Shown here: piece after piece, positions 1 to 12,600 of the stretch
Numbering within the stretch: the first letter of the stretch is position 1
Layout: each line of letters starts with the position of its first letter
From: Tubiluchus corallicola
Taxonomy: Eukaryota > Animalia > Priapulida
Direction: 5' to 3'
DNA length: 64,000 nt
NCBI GenBank assembly: GCA_030141605.1
Contig: JAQGDQ010000436.1
Location: forward strand, 124,001 to 188,000
Notes under the pieces: model-generated
Seen by the model: only the letters and a program-made list of their open reading frames with translations
Database searches by the model: none
Told to the model about the DNA's origin: nothing
Translations under genes and position numbers: made by a program

Positions 1-2154
1 TCATTCAATCAAGGTAACTTTTTAAGCGAGCTTCAAGTTAATATAAGTAACCTAACACTGAATGATGGCGAAGCAGACATACACTCTTACTGCTCACAAT
101 TCATGGACTCGTTTAAAACATTACTTGATAAACATGCCCCACTCAAAACGTTATCAAGGAAAAACTCAAAAACTATAGCTAAACCATGGATCACTCCCGG
201 CATTCTTAATTCTATTAAAACAAGAAGCCGTATGTATACAACACACAAGTTATCCAACTCGCTGTATAAGCAAAATTTATATAAAACATATTCTAACAAA
301 CTTAATCACATCAAACATGCATCCAAAAAGAAGTATTACTCCCAGATCTTGGTTGCAAACAAAAATAACATGAAACAAACTTGGAGCACTATCAATGAAC
401 TTCTCAAAATTAAAAAAAGGACAGCTAGTATAATGCCAACTAAAGTTCGTTACCAAGGCACAACCTCGTGTGACCCGCACCATAAAGCTAATGCTTTTAA
501 CAGTTTTTTTGCAAACATTGGTATATCACTGGCATCACGCATAACACAACCCGAAAACTGTAAGTATACAGACTATTTAATGCATCCCCAAGAAAATTCT
601 TTCTATATCACACCAGTTAGCGAAATCGAGATTTCCCAAGCTATTGATAGACTAGATCCCAATAAAGCAAAAGGCCCTTATGACATCCCAATTACATATT
701 TTAAAATGTCCAAAAACATAATTTTAGCTCCGCTTACAAATCTGTTTAATGCGTCAATTCTGACTGGGACATTCCCCGACACTTTAAAACTGGCAAAAGT
801 AATCCCCATATATAAAAAAGATGATCCAAATGAGCTGAACAACTACCGACCTATCTCACTCATATCACCCATTGCCAAAATTTTTGAGTCAATTTTATAT
901 AAACGCCTGATGACATATTTAATCAAAAATGATACAATATCATGTTTTCACTTCGGTTTCCGCAAAAATCATTCCACAATATTAGCAACTGCTGAAATCA
1001 TAGACAATCTTCTGACAAACCTAGACAATAAATTACTTACCTGCGGCATTTTTCTTGATTTAACAAAAGCTTTTGACACCGTTCAACACGACATTTTACT
1101 CAACAAAATGGACTATTATGGTATCCGTGGAATCACGCAAAAACTATTCCAGTCATATCTTACAAACAGACACCAGTTTACGGTTGTTGACAATTTTGCC
1201 TCTGACCGATGCTCAATTCAGTGTGGTGTACCCCAAGGATCCACCTTGGGTCCACTTCTTTTCCTGATATATATAAATGACCTCCCTCTTTGTACTAACA
1301 TGCAAACACGACTTTTTGCTGATGACACTAACCTCTTCTTAGCAGACAACGATACGCAAAATCTTGAGCTTAGAAGTAATGAAGAATTGATCAAAATTAA
1401 CACATGGATGCGTACAAATAAGTTAACAGTAAACTATAATAAAACAAAATTTATGATCATAAGAAATAAATTTGAAAACAATGAAAACTCCATTATAACA
1501 GTATCCATGCAAGACTGTTTATTAGAACAAGTATCAGACATAAAATATCTGGGCGTCTACATAGATGACACCCTTAATTGGTCAACACACATAAAAAATA
1601 TTACCTACAAAGTAAGCAAAGTTACAGGTATATTTTTTAAATTGGGGCATTACTTGAGCACGGATATACTAAAAATGATTTACTTTGCCATTGTGTACCC
1701 ACACATTAACTATTGTATCTTATCGTGGGGCACAGCAAAAAAATCTGTTTTGAAACCTCTTACATCAGCACATAACAAAATTATCAAAACAATGACTTTT
1801 GCTGGGTTCCGAGATCATGCTACCCCTTCCTATTATGCTTTGCAATTATTAAAAATTAATGAAATTTATAAGCTTGAGTTAGCGAAATTCATGTTCAAGT
1901 ATAAAAAGTGCATTCTACCTAAATTATATGGCAATTATTTCAAAAAGATTAGTGACGTTCACCAGTATTCTACGAGAGCAGCTACCAAACAAAACTATTT
2001 TCAGGAAAGATTTAACACAACAAAAGGTCTACAAACTTTAAAACATAATGGTACAATTCTCTGGAATACTCTTTCAGATGATCTTAAGCAATCGACTAGT
2101 ATCTATCAGTTAAGTAAATTATATAAATGTCAACTCTTGCAAACTTATTATTGA
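1..2154 (+). CDS. Non-LTR retrotransposon (CR1/L2 group) ORF2, reverse transcriptase region; 5' end lies outside the window
   Basis: Frame open from base 1 to TGA at 2154 (683 aa from Met103). RT motifs: KAKGPYDI, AKVIPIYKK, NYRPISL, FGFRKNHST, FLDLTKAFDTV, GVPQGSTLGPLLFLIYINDL, LFADDT, KYLGVYID; C-terminal LWNTL typical of CR1/L2-group elements. Confidence 0.95.
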   Translation, partial: SFNQGNFLSELQVNISNLTLNDGEADIHSYCSQFMDSFKTLLDKHAPLKTLSRKNSKTIAKPWITPGILNSIKTRSRMYTTHKLSNSLYKQNLYKTYSNKLNHIKHASKKKYYSQILVANKNNMKQTWSTINELLKIKKRTASIMPTKVRYQGTTSCDPHHKANAFNSFFANIGISLASRITQPENCKYTDYLMHPQENSFYITPVSEIEISQAIDRLDPNKAKGPYDIPITYFKMSKNIILAPLTNLFNASILTGTFPDTLKLAKVIPIYKKDDPNELNNYRPISLISPIAKIFESILYKRLMTYLIKNDTISCFHFGFRKNHSTILATAEIIDNLLTNLDNKLLTCGIFLDLTKAFDTVQHDILLNKMDYYGIRGITQKLFQSYLTNRHQFTVVDNFASDRCSIQCGVPQGSTLGPLLFLIYINDLPLCTNMQTRLFADDTNLFLADNDTQNLELRSNEELIKINTWMRTNKLTVNYNKTKFMIIRNKFENNENSIITVSMQDCLLEQVSDIKYLGVYIDDTLNWSTHIKNITYKVSKVTGIFFKLGHYLSTDILKMIYFAIVYPHINYCILSWGTAKKSVLKPLTSAHNKIIKTMTFAGFRDHATPSYYALQLLKINEIYKLELAKFMFKYKKCILPKLYGNYFKKISDVHQYSTRAATKQNYFQERFNTTKGLQTLKHNGTILWNTLSDDLKQSTSIYQLSKLYKCQLLQTYY

Positions 2155-2657
2155 GATAAGCGTACAGTATTTTGCCTATCTATCTGCCTCTTCATTTTAC
2201 ATCAGATCATCAAAACTCGCTCTGTATTTATTTATTTTTTTTTACATTATGCTTGTGTTATAAAGTAAATTTCAGTTACCATTGTTATTATGTTTCTGAT
2301 GTCAGATTTTTATTTCAGTTCTTGTTTCAGTCCTTATTTCAGTTATGTTCAGTTTGATTTTTTTTTATTATTATTATGCACTTATTATTACTGTGTATGA
2401 ATTGTACTAACACATTATAAGCATATCATTATCAATTTTATGTCATTCGTAACACTTTATTTATTATAAGCAGTACTAACACTAATACACTAGCATAGCG
2501 CCTATAAAAAATGTTCATCACTAACCAAAGGGCAGCTGACTAGATGACCAATTGGTCTTTCGCTGCCCTTTCTTCACATTTTTGTTGCTAAATTAATTGT
2601 ATTGAAATTGTGCGTGTGTTAAAAGATAAATAAAAGATTATTATTATTATTATTATT
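1..2657 (+). mobile_element. CR1/L2-group LINE, 3' portion with 3' UTR, terminal stem-loop and (TTA)n tail
   Basis: ORF2 followed by T-rich UTR, stem-loop AAAGGGCAGC...GCTGCCCTTT (2527-2571), AATAAA and a (TTA)n tail ending about 2657. Confidence 0.88.
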
Positions 2658-3689
2658 TACAATTATTTTGAATCAACTATAACTAGCTTTCTGAATGCAT
2701 GCTTGTCACCATGCCAGAAAAGTTGTCACTATGTAGAGCGTGACAGGAACATTACTTTCGTCTTAACAGGATTGCCTTGCCATTCACATCATATAAGGTG
2801 AATAGCTGAGCGGTCATGGCCCTTTGCCAGTCATTTTTAGGCAACCTCAAGGGCTGGCCAGATCCACGGCCTGGGTTTCATACTCATTCTTAGTGTTTTC
2901 ATTCTAGATACCGATTGTTGCTGTTTACCTTGCTGAGAGAGGATGCATTCATGTCCGATTGTGGTTAAGTTCCCTTTGCTGGTCCAGATTCTCATTTTAC
3001 CTTGATAAAGCCGCAGTTTTCGGTCTTGTCACATATAACGTTAAACAGGTCCAGCTTTTATATCCTGCATTCCAGCTTGTAGTGTGGTGAATTCTATAAA
3101 AAGAGTGAAGCGAACAATCTTCTAATGTTCTACAACTCCAGATATATGATTCAGAAGAACCAGTTGTGGGAAACAACGTAATGTGACATAAAGGGCAAAT
3201 TTCAATCCGTTTCTTATCTGTTTAAAACACAGCGTTCTGATCATTAAACATATTGACGAGAAGAAATGGTTGCCTATATATATATATATATAACTATTTG
3301 TAAACTTTTCTAATCAGGTGATATAAATATTATTACAAGTAATACAAACCTGAGATAATAGTAATAGTAATCTACTATTTTTCGTGAACAATTTTTTTCA
3401 ATAAGTACAATTTTTATTTACAATTTTAGTAAATTTGTGTGTAGTGTGTAACTGATTACATGGTTTACTATGTTCACTTGACACCATTTTACTCGCACAG
3501 ACGCACACTGAGATTTTAGAACAAAAATTGATACATTGCACTACTAATGTTGATTAGCTGATACCTGTGAATTTTCATTTCAATCAATGGCAGACTGAAT
3601 GTGGCTAGAAGCGATAGGCGTGAAAAAAGTAAGCATGTAGCTTCTGGTGCGTTGCATTTGCGCTAAATGAACAAAAGTCAAACGAAAAG

Positions 3690-6600
3690 ATGGCGCGCTC
3701 CGTTGAAAGTGTGTGGGCCGACAATGTTGATGAGAGGCATCAAATTTCGAAAGAAAAAGAGCAAGCCGAAGACACCACGTTTAGTTCGCTGGTTCGTTGA
3801 CTTATGTCTTTTCTCTAGGTTCTTCTAAAGCTGTGGTTGAGCTTCTCTTAGACGGTGATCTAGAGTAGAGTGCACATGGTTCTCATTTCATGCTAGGCCT
3901 CTTGTCTCTTTTGTCAGACATTAACAGCTTAGGCCAAACTGCCAGTATTGGTTCATTTGCTGTTGCCTTTAGAAACTGCTTTTTAGTTTTGCGAAAACGG
4001 CATGAAACATAACATATGAGTTTCATCACTTGGTTACTGTTTCGGAGAAATAAATGCGAAAAGACTTGAGGTTGCACAGATTGGCTTAAACTGGCAACAT
4101 TTATGCTACTATACTGTAACTTTCGTAAATTCACATATTAAGAAAGAACGCTGCCACGAAAGGTATTCGGTTTTAAATAAAAAATGCACAGAATTCATTT
4201 TAAGTGATTCTCCACATCATTATAATTTAATATTTTGACTAAAATTTATATGAAATTACAAAATGAATTTATGAAGTGTAGTACATTCAAAACCGGTTAT
4301 TAGTTTCTCAAGCATCAGCTTGCTTAGTGGTTTTTAATACTAATATTATCCAGCATTTTATTTATTGCCAGTGTTGAGTAGTAACACATTACTGCAACAA
4401 GATTACTTTTTAATAACAAGTAATATAACGCAATCACACTTGCTATCAGATTACTAGTTAGTTCGGCAGTAATGCCACCAAACCTGCCTTATTTATCTGT
4501 CCATGAATAACATTTTAAACTTCAGTTGTTTTAATGGTTTAGCTGCCTTTTGGTTTGTCTTTGCCAGACTGCCATGCAATGCCTGTATGCACACAGGCTG
4601 TTTACTACCTTGCTCAAATAATTACTTCATTTGACATTCAAATTGACTTCATGATAAGAAGAACTTCTACAACTGTAGCTCTTGATTGTTTTGTGTACTC
4701 AATGCTTGGTCACGTGCAAGGTTGGAGACTGTAATATCTGGAAAGGTACACATAATATGGGACATAAGCTCAGTAAAGCCAGGCCCAGTCAGGGACTACC
4801 ACACTGTTCTGTGCATATTATATAGCCCTGGTTTAGTAAAGTAACACAGCTGAATGCCATTGTGTGTGTACAGTTGTTTGTAACATGGGTGACAAAGATC
4901 AGGCTTTGTCTTCAGCTCAGTATGCAGGGGCCATGATTTTAATTTTGTAAATGCATAAAAACTAAATATAATAGTGCAGTGCACTTTGTGTGCAGGGAAA
5001 GAACTGTTATCTACATCTAAAAACTCAATGTTGCAGTGAATTTTGCTAAAAAAATGTGGAGTGAATTAACCTAATTAGTGATTTAGGTAAGTTGCAGAAT
5101 CAATGCTTTAATTTCTCTAAGCCAAACAGAATGCACATTATTTGCTAAAGCATTACTCAAACGAACACACAAAACTAATCAGTAAACGGTAAGCAATTAC
5201 CCTTGCTAAAAGTAATCAGCAATGAATAATTAGATTACAATTATTCTGAATTAATTAGTAATCATGTCGGATTACTTGTCAAAAAAATGAACCCAATACT
5301 GTTTATTACAGGGTGTTTGTGATGTTTTATGCGAAGCGTGTGAGCAACTTAAATGGGAGCATCCGACTAAAATACAAGTGGAGGCTCTACCAGTTGCCTT
5401 TCAAGGTACATTTTTTTGTTGAAACTTTGCAGCAATTTGTAGTGTACAAAATACAAGTGCAACATATAATAGGATTACCTTGTAAAAGATTTGTTGAGAG
5501 ACGCAATATAGCCAGGATGAGATACACACCAAGACAAATGATTTAGGATCCGTGTCTAAAAGAGGAACTGCTGGATTGAACTGCGGGACAATTATTGATA
5601 GCCCTAGATATGTGTATCTTTTACAAGAAAGCCATATGCACTTTCACTTTCCATTATTTTTATGTATGAACATGCACATGTCGTCGGTCAAAAGCAGTGC
5701 AGAATTGTTTATCTAAGGCAAAGGTGACAGCAGTGGAGTGGCCCGAAACAATCTATCTCATAGGCATATTCAGGAGGGGGTGCTGCCACCCCATCTTTGC
5801 CATGCGAAAATTATTTTATTTCAATAATTGTAATTATTTTAATAAGTGTGCAGAAGGCGTATATTCCATGCACACTCTTGTAGTCTACTCTTGTAATGCT
5901 AAACTAGTCGATTGCGCACTTTTTAGTTATGTGAAAGGGAAATCCCCACCCCTCGAGGAAGCTAAGTGTGACTGATTGAGAGTGCAGCTGACTGTCCATT
6001 CGCTGGAATTGAATTTGTTACTTTTTTGGGCAAGTCCACGAACAACCTGTGTGGGGTGAAAGAAAGTAATTTTCATCTTCATTCAATCTGTAGTGTATGA
6101 AGTAAATTAGTGTCACAGCAAATCGAATATTTACTTCACCATATTGTGACACTTAAAGTCGATTTGGAAATTGAAAAGATCTCTGAATGAGGAAATTCCA
6201 GACGATGGGTGAAGAAATCTCAAAATATGGTGGAAGCACCGACTGGCTGGGTCAGTAGTATGGTTGCTACGAACTCACTTCTTAGTACGAAGAATGAACT
6301 CGCCCCCTGTCTGTAAATCCTGGATTTGCCGTGCATGTTGTAATCTTATCAAAATTTTGCGGAAGGCTGTAAAAATGTGAAGAATAAGGTTAGTACAGAG
6401 AGACTGTCATCAAATGCTGTATCATTAAGTAAGTCGTTAAGGTTGTCTGGGTGAAGGAAGTTTCCACAGAGCACTGCCACAACATGATCAACAGCATGCT
6501 TGAGTCCACATGTACATGTGTAGGCAGTTATCAAAAGCAAAGGACTCAAATTTTGTGATATTTAAATGAGTTTGCAAAAAAAAAATTTTATTGCAGATGT

Positions 6601-9600
6601 GTAGTTTAGAAGTTGTTTAAGCTAAGAATGTATTTTTTTCTTTCTAAAAAGCAAAAAATTGTAGGGTGGTCTTAAGTTTTTGTTTAATATTGTACATTCT
6701 CACTATTCAAAATGAATCCCATGTTGTTGTTGTTGTTGTTGTTGCTGCTGTTGCTGTTTCTGTTATTGTTGTTGTTGTTGCTGTTGCTGCTGTTACTATG
6801 TTGCTGTTGCTGCTGCTGTTGTTATTGCTGTGATTGTAGTCACTGCTACTGTCATTGTCATTGTCATCACTGTTGCCACCACTGCTGTTGTTGTCATTGT
6901 AACTCCATTTTTTGCAGGAAAAGATGTTATTGGTTTAGCTGAGACTGGTTCAGGGAAGACTGCCGCCTTTGCTCTGCCCATACTGCAGGCATTATTGGAA
7001 TCACCACAGAGATTGTTTGCTTTGGTGCTGACACCTACCCGTGAGCTGGCTTTTCAGATCTCTGAACAGTTTGAAGCTCTTGGTTCATCAATCGGTGTAA
7101 CTTGTGGTAAATTTTTAATTTTTATCATTTGTGGAATAAAAAATTTGCACATAATATCATCTGTTCATTTATGGACACTATTAGTATTTCTTAAAGTTTT
7201 TTTTATTTATTCTATTGTCTCATTCCCGAAGCATTTGGTGGTGTTATAAAGTGTTTGAAATATTTTAATTTTTAAAACTCATACAAGTTTCTTTATGTAC
7301 TTGAATAAATGTGAAATTAAGACAACACTACTAAAGTGGAACGTATGTTTCAGATAATAAAAATATAAAACATGTTCCACTTGTTTATTATTGTCGAATG
7401 ATAGTTACAGTCCTAGTTGTTCAAATACAGAAACTTACATTATCACAGATTTGTCAGTTGACATTAATATTAAACAAATGAAGGAATTTTTGCCAAAATA
7501 TTGAATTTCGTGAGTTATACTTTCACTGCTTTTCTTACTTAGCTTACATGTGGCTTACTGCAGAATAGCAGTTTATAATCCTATTTTCTATGGTTCAAAT
7601 TAATGACGATGTAATTTTTTCGTGATCTGACATGTGACTACTTCAGATTTTCTATGAGCAAAGCAGCAATGTTCATTAGCATATCACATTATAATACCTT
7701 ATATAACATAATATATGAAGGAGTAAGTTGTTACTGTTAATGTTCTTTTACATTGTGCAATTTTTTTTAAACAGTTATTCAGTATAGGCATTTTGTCATT
7801 AACAGTTATGTTGACTGCTCTTGTTTAAATATGAAAAAATGTGTGTTGCAGTACTATAATAGCTATATAAGTGCATCTCTTAACTCCCTACCTTTCAGAG
7901 GGCTGGTTGCTCATCAGGGGAGTGGTCAATCTTTGTTGTACTGTTGGGGGACCTGGATCTGACCAGCCTGGTTGTGTTCAACCTACTGGCTTGTATCAGA
8001 TTTTTTTGGACAAAGGCTAAGAGATGGAAGACTCAAAATTCAAACGACTTCACTGCCTCGGAGGGAATTCTTTTGATGGAAAGAATAATTTCATCATTGA
8101 TAATGATGGTTGGCTACTAGCAAGAGAATATTGTCACTAAAATATCTGCAAGATTTAATAAATAAATGAATGATTATATAAGAGGGAAAATGTGTTGTGA
8201 AATGAAGATGGTGACGTTAACAAGTGCGTGAATGTCGTATTATTTATTGAAATGCAGCAAATTGTTCCAACTTAGATTGTTTAAATAAAACTTTAAATTT
8301 GTTTTTTATGCTCAGTCGGATAAACAGAAAGTTTGAATATTTTTCAGCTGTGATCGTTGGAGGTATTGACATGGTGTCACAAGCCATGCAACTTGGGAAG
8401 AAACCTCACATCGTCATAGCGACGCCCGGTCGTTTAGTGGATCACTTAGAAAACACAAAAGGGTTTAGCCTTCGTGCACTCAAGTACTTGGTACATATAG
8501 CCGTTTGGCCATTATATGTGACACTATGTCTGCGCCTAATTAGTTGAACTATAACAGCTTGTTTGTCTGCTTGGAAAAACATTTGCAATGATTCGAATAC
8601 CTGCATATTTTTGTTGGTTGCAATTCTTTTAAATACACTAGGTACAGTTTGAAGTCAGGACACTTTTAATATTTTTCTGTAGGCAGTGAAACTCAAATTC
8701 TTTGTGCTTGCAACATTGACTACATAAACAGTAGTCAGTTTTGGAACCACTAAAGCTTCGTTTAATTGCTTTTTCTTTCAAATTTATAACTTTCCATCCA
8801 GCATTATTATCAACATAAGTGTCTTTCTTGAGAAGGAGATATTTGCATGAACTTACTTTTAAATATTCACTTCTCAACCAGTATTGAACTTGAAACCTTC
8901 TGCGTAAAGCACAGAAAATTGTGCTACCAAGAAATGATTGGAGAGCTACTATGATAGTGCATTTTTATAGCTTAATTGCTCTTCTGTAGTAACTAATTTT
9001 CTAATTATTCTTCATTAGCATGTGCATATTTTTAGGTAATGGACGAAGCGGATCGTATTCTCAACATGGATTTTGAAGTGGAGGTGGATAAGATTCTCAA
9101 AGTTGTGCCAAGGGAACGCAGAACTTATCTTTTCTCCGCGACGATGACTAAGAAAGTTGGTATTTGTTGTAATAACAATCACGTTGTTTTCTTTACCATA
9201 GCAACCCACAAGCTTGGATATTCTGTTCCTCAAATTTTTTACACACAATTTGAAATTTGAAAATTATTGTTTTTATGGCACTCATTCGTGACGAGAAACT
9301 TAAAACTTTGCTATCTGAACTGTATTTTTAAAAGTTTCTAAATTGAAATGGTGCGAAATATTCAAGTCTAGTCAGTTACTTTGCTATTGTGTTGTGTTAT
9401 CGTGCACATTCTGTACCTGGTTTTGCAGTGGAATAAATGCTAACTAATCCATCTCGTGTGACTTATAAGTCCCCTACAAAAAGAGTAATTATAATAATTA
9501 ATATAGATCGTCATTGATGAGAAAGGTTCATGTCTAATTTCTCCCATATTTGTATGCATTCAGCATCCAATCTTTGCCTGCTTTTCATCAATAAGTAAAA

Positions 9601-12600
9601 TCCATAACTGAAATACAGTAGGTGTCACTTAATAGACTTACGGTTAATGGACTCAATCTCTTAATGCCTGGAATGGGCCGCTTCTATTCAAATATACATA
9701 AAAACTGTCGGTAATTGATTCAATATTTTTCCTTCATTTGCGTAAAATAAGATATTTGTATTTGCCCAAACAGCCTTTCCTACTTCTATGTCATCTTTAC
9801 TTCCCTTTTGTGCATTATATGTGTAGAAACAGTCATGTTAAGTACCGTTTTGTTTGTAAGCAGGTACGTTTATCATGCGCTAATACGCTAGCGTGGCTAG
9901 GTTTTGCTTTGACTCTGTTACCCGCTCGCCCACTGTTACCCAAAGAATTTCTGGGAGCTAAACATTTAATCACTTGCCTATCGGTTTCCTTTTGATGCTC
10001 TAGTTGCAAATCGCGCTTTCATGCAGGTACAGTAATCAGCTGGTATTCCTCGTGACTTACAAGAGTAAATATCATGCAGCAAATAAGAGCAATGTAAGTG
10101 AGCAGACGATTCAGAATTGCTTTAGTCATGCACAACAGCAGATTTTTATAATTACGAGAATTTTGTGGGTCAACTTCTTCGCAAGAAAATGAAGCAGTCG
10201 ACTTTGAAGGAATTTCTGTAATTTTTGCAAATAAACAGACTTAGAAAAGTCTGTGATTTAGAAAAGTATACTTTTCAATTTATTGCTAATTCACTTATAT
10301 AAATTAGTATTTTAAAATATTTTTTCTAATTTTTAACTGCACAAAGGAATTTAGGTATTACTTCGTTTCTAAAATTCATTAAAAACCGTTGCAAGGCATA
10401 GTAAGCTGATGATTCATACTTCTACACCTGTGATACTACACCCATCAGTTAATAGGTTCACTCGATTAATTGGGTCAAAACATGTCGGTGCCAAAGTGAG
10501 TCTATTAAATAGCATCTATTGTATTTCATAAAAAGGTTGTGGGTCTCTATGCAGTAAGATTCACTAGACTCGTGATGTGCTCTTCTTTTATGATAGTTTC
10601 AACGAGACACTTCACGTTACTCTGTCAATCTACAAAGTTTAATGACAAGTGTGCTGTGATCTCGAACCTTGTTGTAGTGTTCGTGAGCTGCATGATTTAC
10701 GTTAATTTGGGTTTTCTAGGTACAAAAGCTACAGAGGGCAGCACTGAGAGATCCAGTAAAAGTTGAAGTTTCGACAAAATACCAAACAGTTGAGAAATTG
10801 CAGCAGTTCTATATTTTCATTCCCACTAAATTTAAGGTTAGTTTATGTAAATCTATTTGCAGAAGTGTGTTTTATTGATTTTTGCTGGTTCATTGTTAAA
10901 AATAGAATGCCGTACCCATTGTTTACAGGTTAGTAATTGTTAAGATCATTATTTTTGTTTTGACATTACTAATGACTTTCATTAGATTTCATTCAACACT
11001 TTCGGGATTTCATTTTCATGGTATTGTTCACTGTGTAGCACTTATGTGCACATGTAGTTTCCAGTTTTCAAAGACGTAAATTGACAATTAAACTTGGGGT
11101 TTAACGGTTACCCAAGAAAAGTAGATTGACACATTTCATAGAAGTCTTATTAGGAAAGCTTTAAATATAAGATGGCCATACATAACCAAAAATGAAGATT
11201 TACACACTAGAACGAAAGAAATTTATTGGCGTTCAAAAGTTAAGATCCGAAGATTGAGATGGCTAGGACATCTTCTAAGATTACCAAATGAAGCACCAGT
11301 AAGAATCGCCTTAAGGGAAGCGTTAAAACCTTGCAAATGCCACCTGGTAAACCTAAAACAACTTGGATAGATAAGATAAATAAAGATGTTCAACAACTTC
11401 AACTAAATCTATCTTTAGGAGTAGAAGAACTCCCGTTGTTCGCTGCAGATAAAAGAGGGTGGAATACTCTGATAAGTGTTGATACCTCAATACCTACATT
11501 AGGTGGAATGAGACTTTGAGAAACTGATGATTTTCATATCTCTAAAATTGTTTACATTAAAAATAAACCTACGGATAATTTATTGCTTATATGCTCAGGC
11601 AATAAATAGCCGGTGAAAGCTGCAATTGTTTCATTGTAGCGAAATTCTAACCAAGAGTTAGATGCTTCAGATAAAGCTTTGTTTAATTATGAATAAACCC
11701 AGCAATTTTCTGTTCTGCGTCATGTTAGGTCTCCCAAATTAAGCATTATTTGCAAGAAATCTTTGAACTCATCGCTTATCATCAGTAAAGAGAAAGAAGT
11801 AGCATAAAGCTATTAAAATTTTTTTTGTGAAAAGAATTGGCACGAGCTGTCAGTTCTCTTTAATAGTAGTAGGTCTTGTTCTAATATCAGAAGATGTTGA
11901 GGCATTAGCAGCAAAGTGCCCTTAAACAGATCCCAATTTTGTCTAGAAATCCTAGTCTGGAAGTGTTTTTTTTCTGATGTAGGATCTTTGAAACAACTAC
12001 ACCTACATATGTACCATCAAGACATGGCTTCTAATATTTTAATTAATTCCTTGTTTACTTTTCTTTTAGGATTGCTATTTGGTTTCCATTTTGAATGATT
12101 TGGCAGGCAACTCTTTCATGATTTTCTGCAGTACGTGTAACAACACGCTGCGGACCGCCCTGTTGCTGCGGAACCTCGGTTTCAACGCCGTTCCGCTGCA
12201 TGGACAAATGGGACAGAACAAACGTTTGGGAGCCTTGAACAAATTCAAGAGCAAAAGTCGCTCAATTTTGATAGCGACAGACGTGGCAAGCAGGTACTTG
12301 GCCTCTGTCTCTATTCACACCTTTGCAAATTCGCAGAATTTTCACTGAGAATTTTCTGATGGTGTTTACTTTTCTTGAATTTAAGACCTGCTCTATACTA
12401 GTCGAAGAGGAACTAGCTAAATTTGTTATCTCTTACTGCCATCTGGTGGTAACATTTGATCAAACTGGAAATAAGAAAGATTTTCCCCACAGAAGGAATA
12501 ACAAATGCCCAGTGATGATGAAATTTCTAGATATTTCTGATGTTAAGCTAGGCACTGATTGGTTGGAAAAATTTGGAACGAACAAGTTTTAGGATTGATA

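Noticed and set aside
5759-6335. Possible hAT-like MITE (also 41370-41795)
   Set aside because: TIRs too degenerate and no TSD could be confirmed.
6712-6942. Poly-Leu/Cys/His ORF resembling a metal-binding peptide
   Set aside because: Translation of an intronic (TGT/TGC)n microsatellite; the real exon begins at 6918 in another frame.
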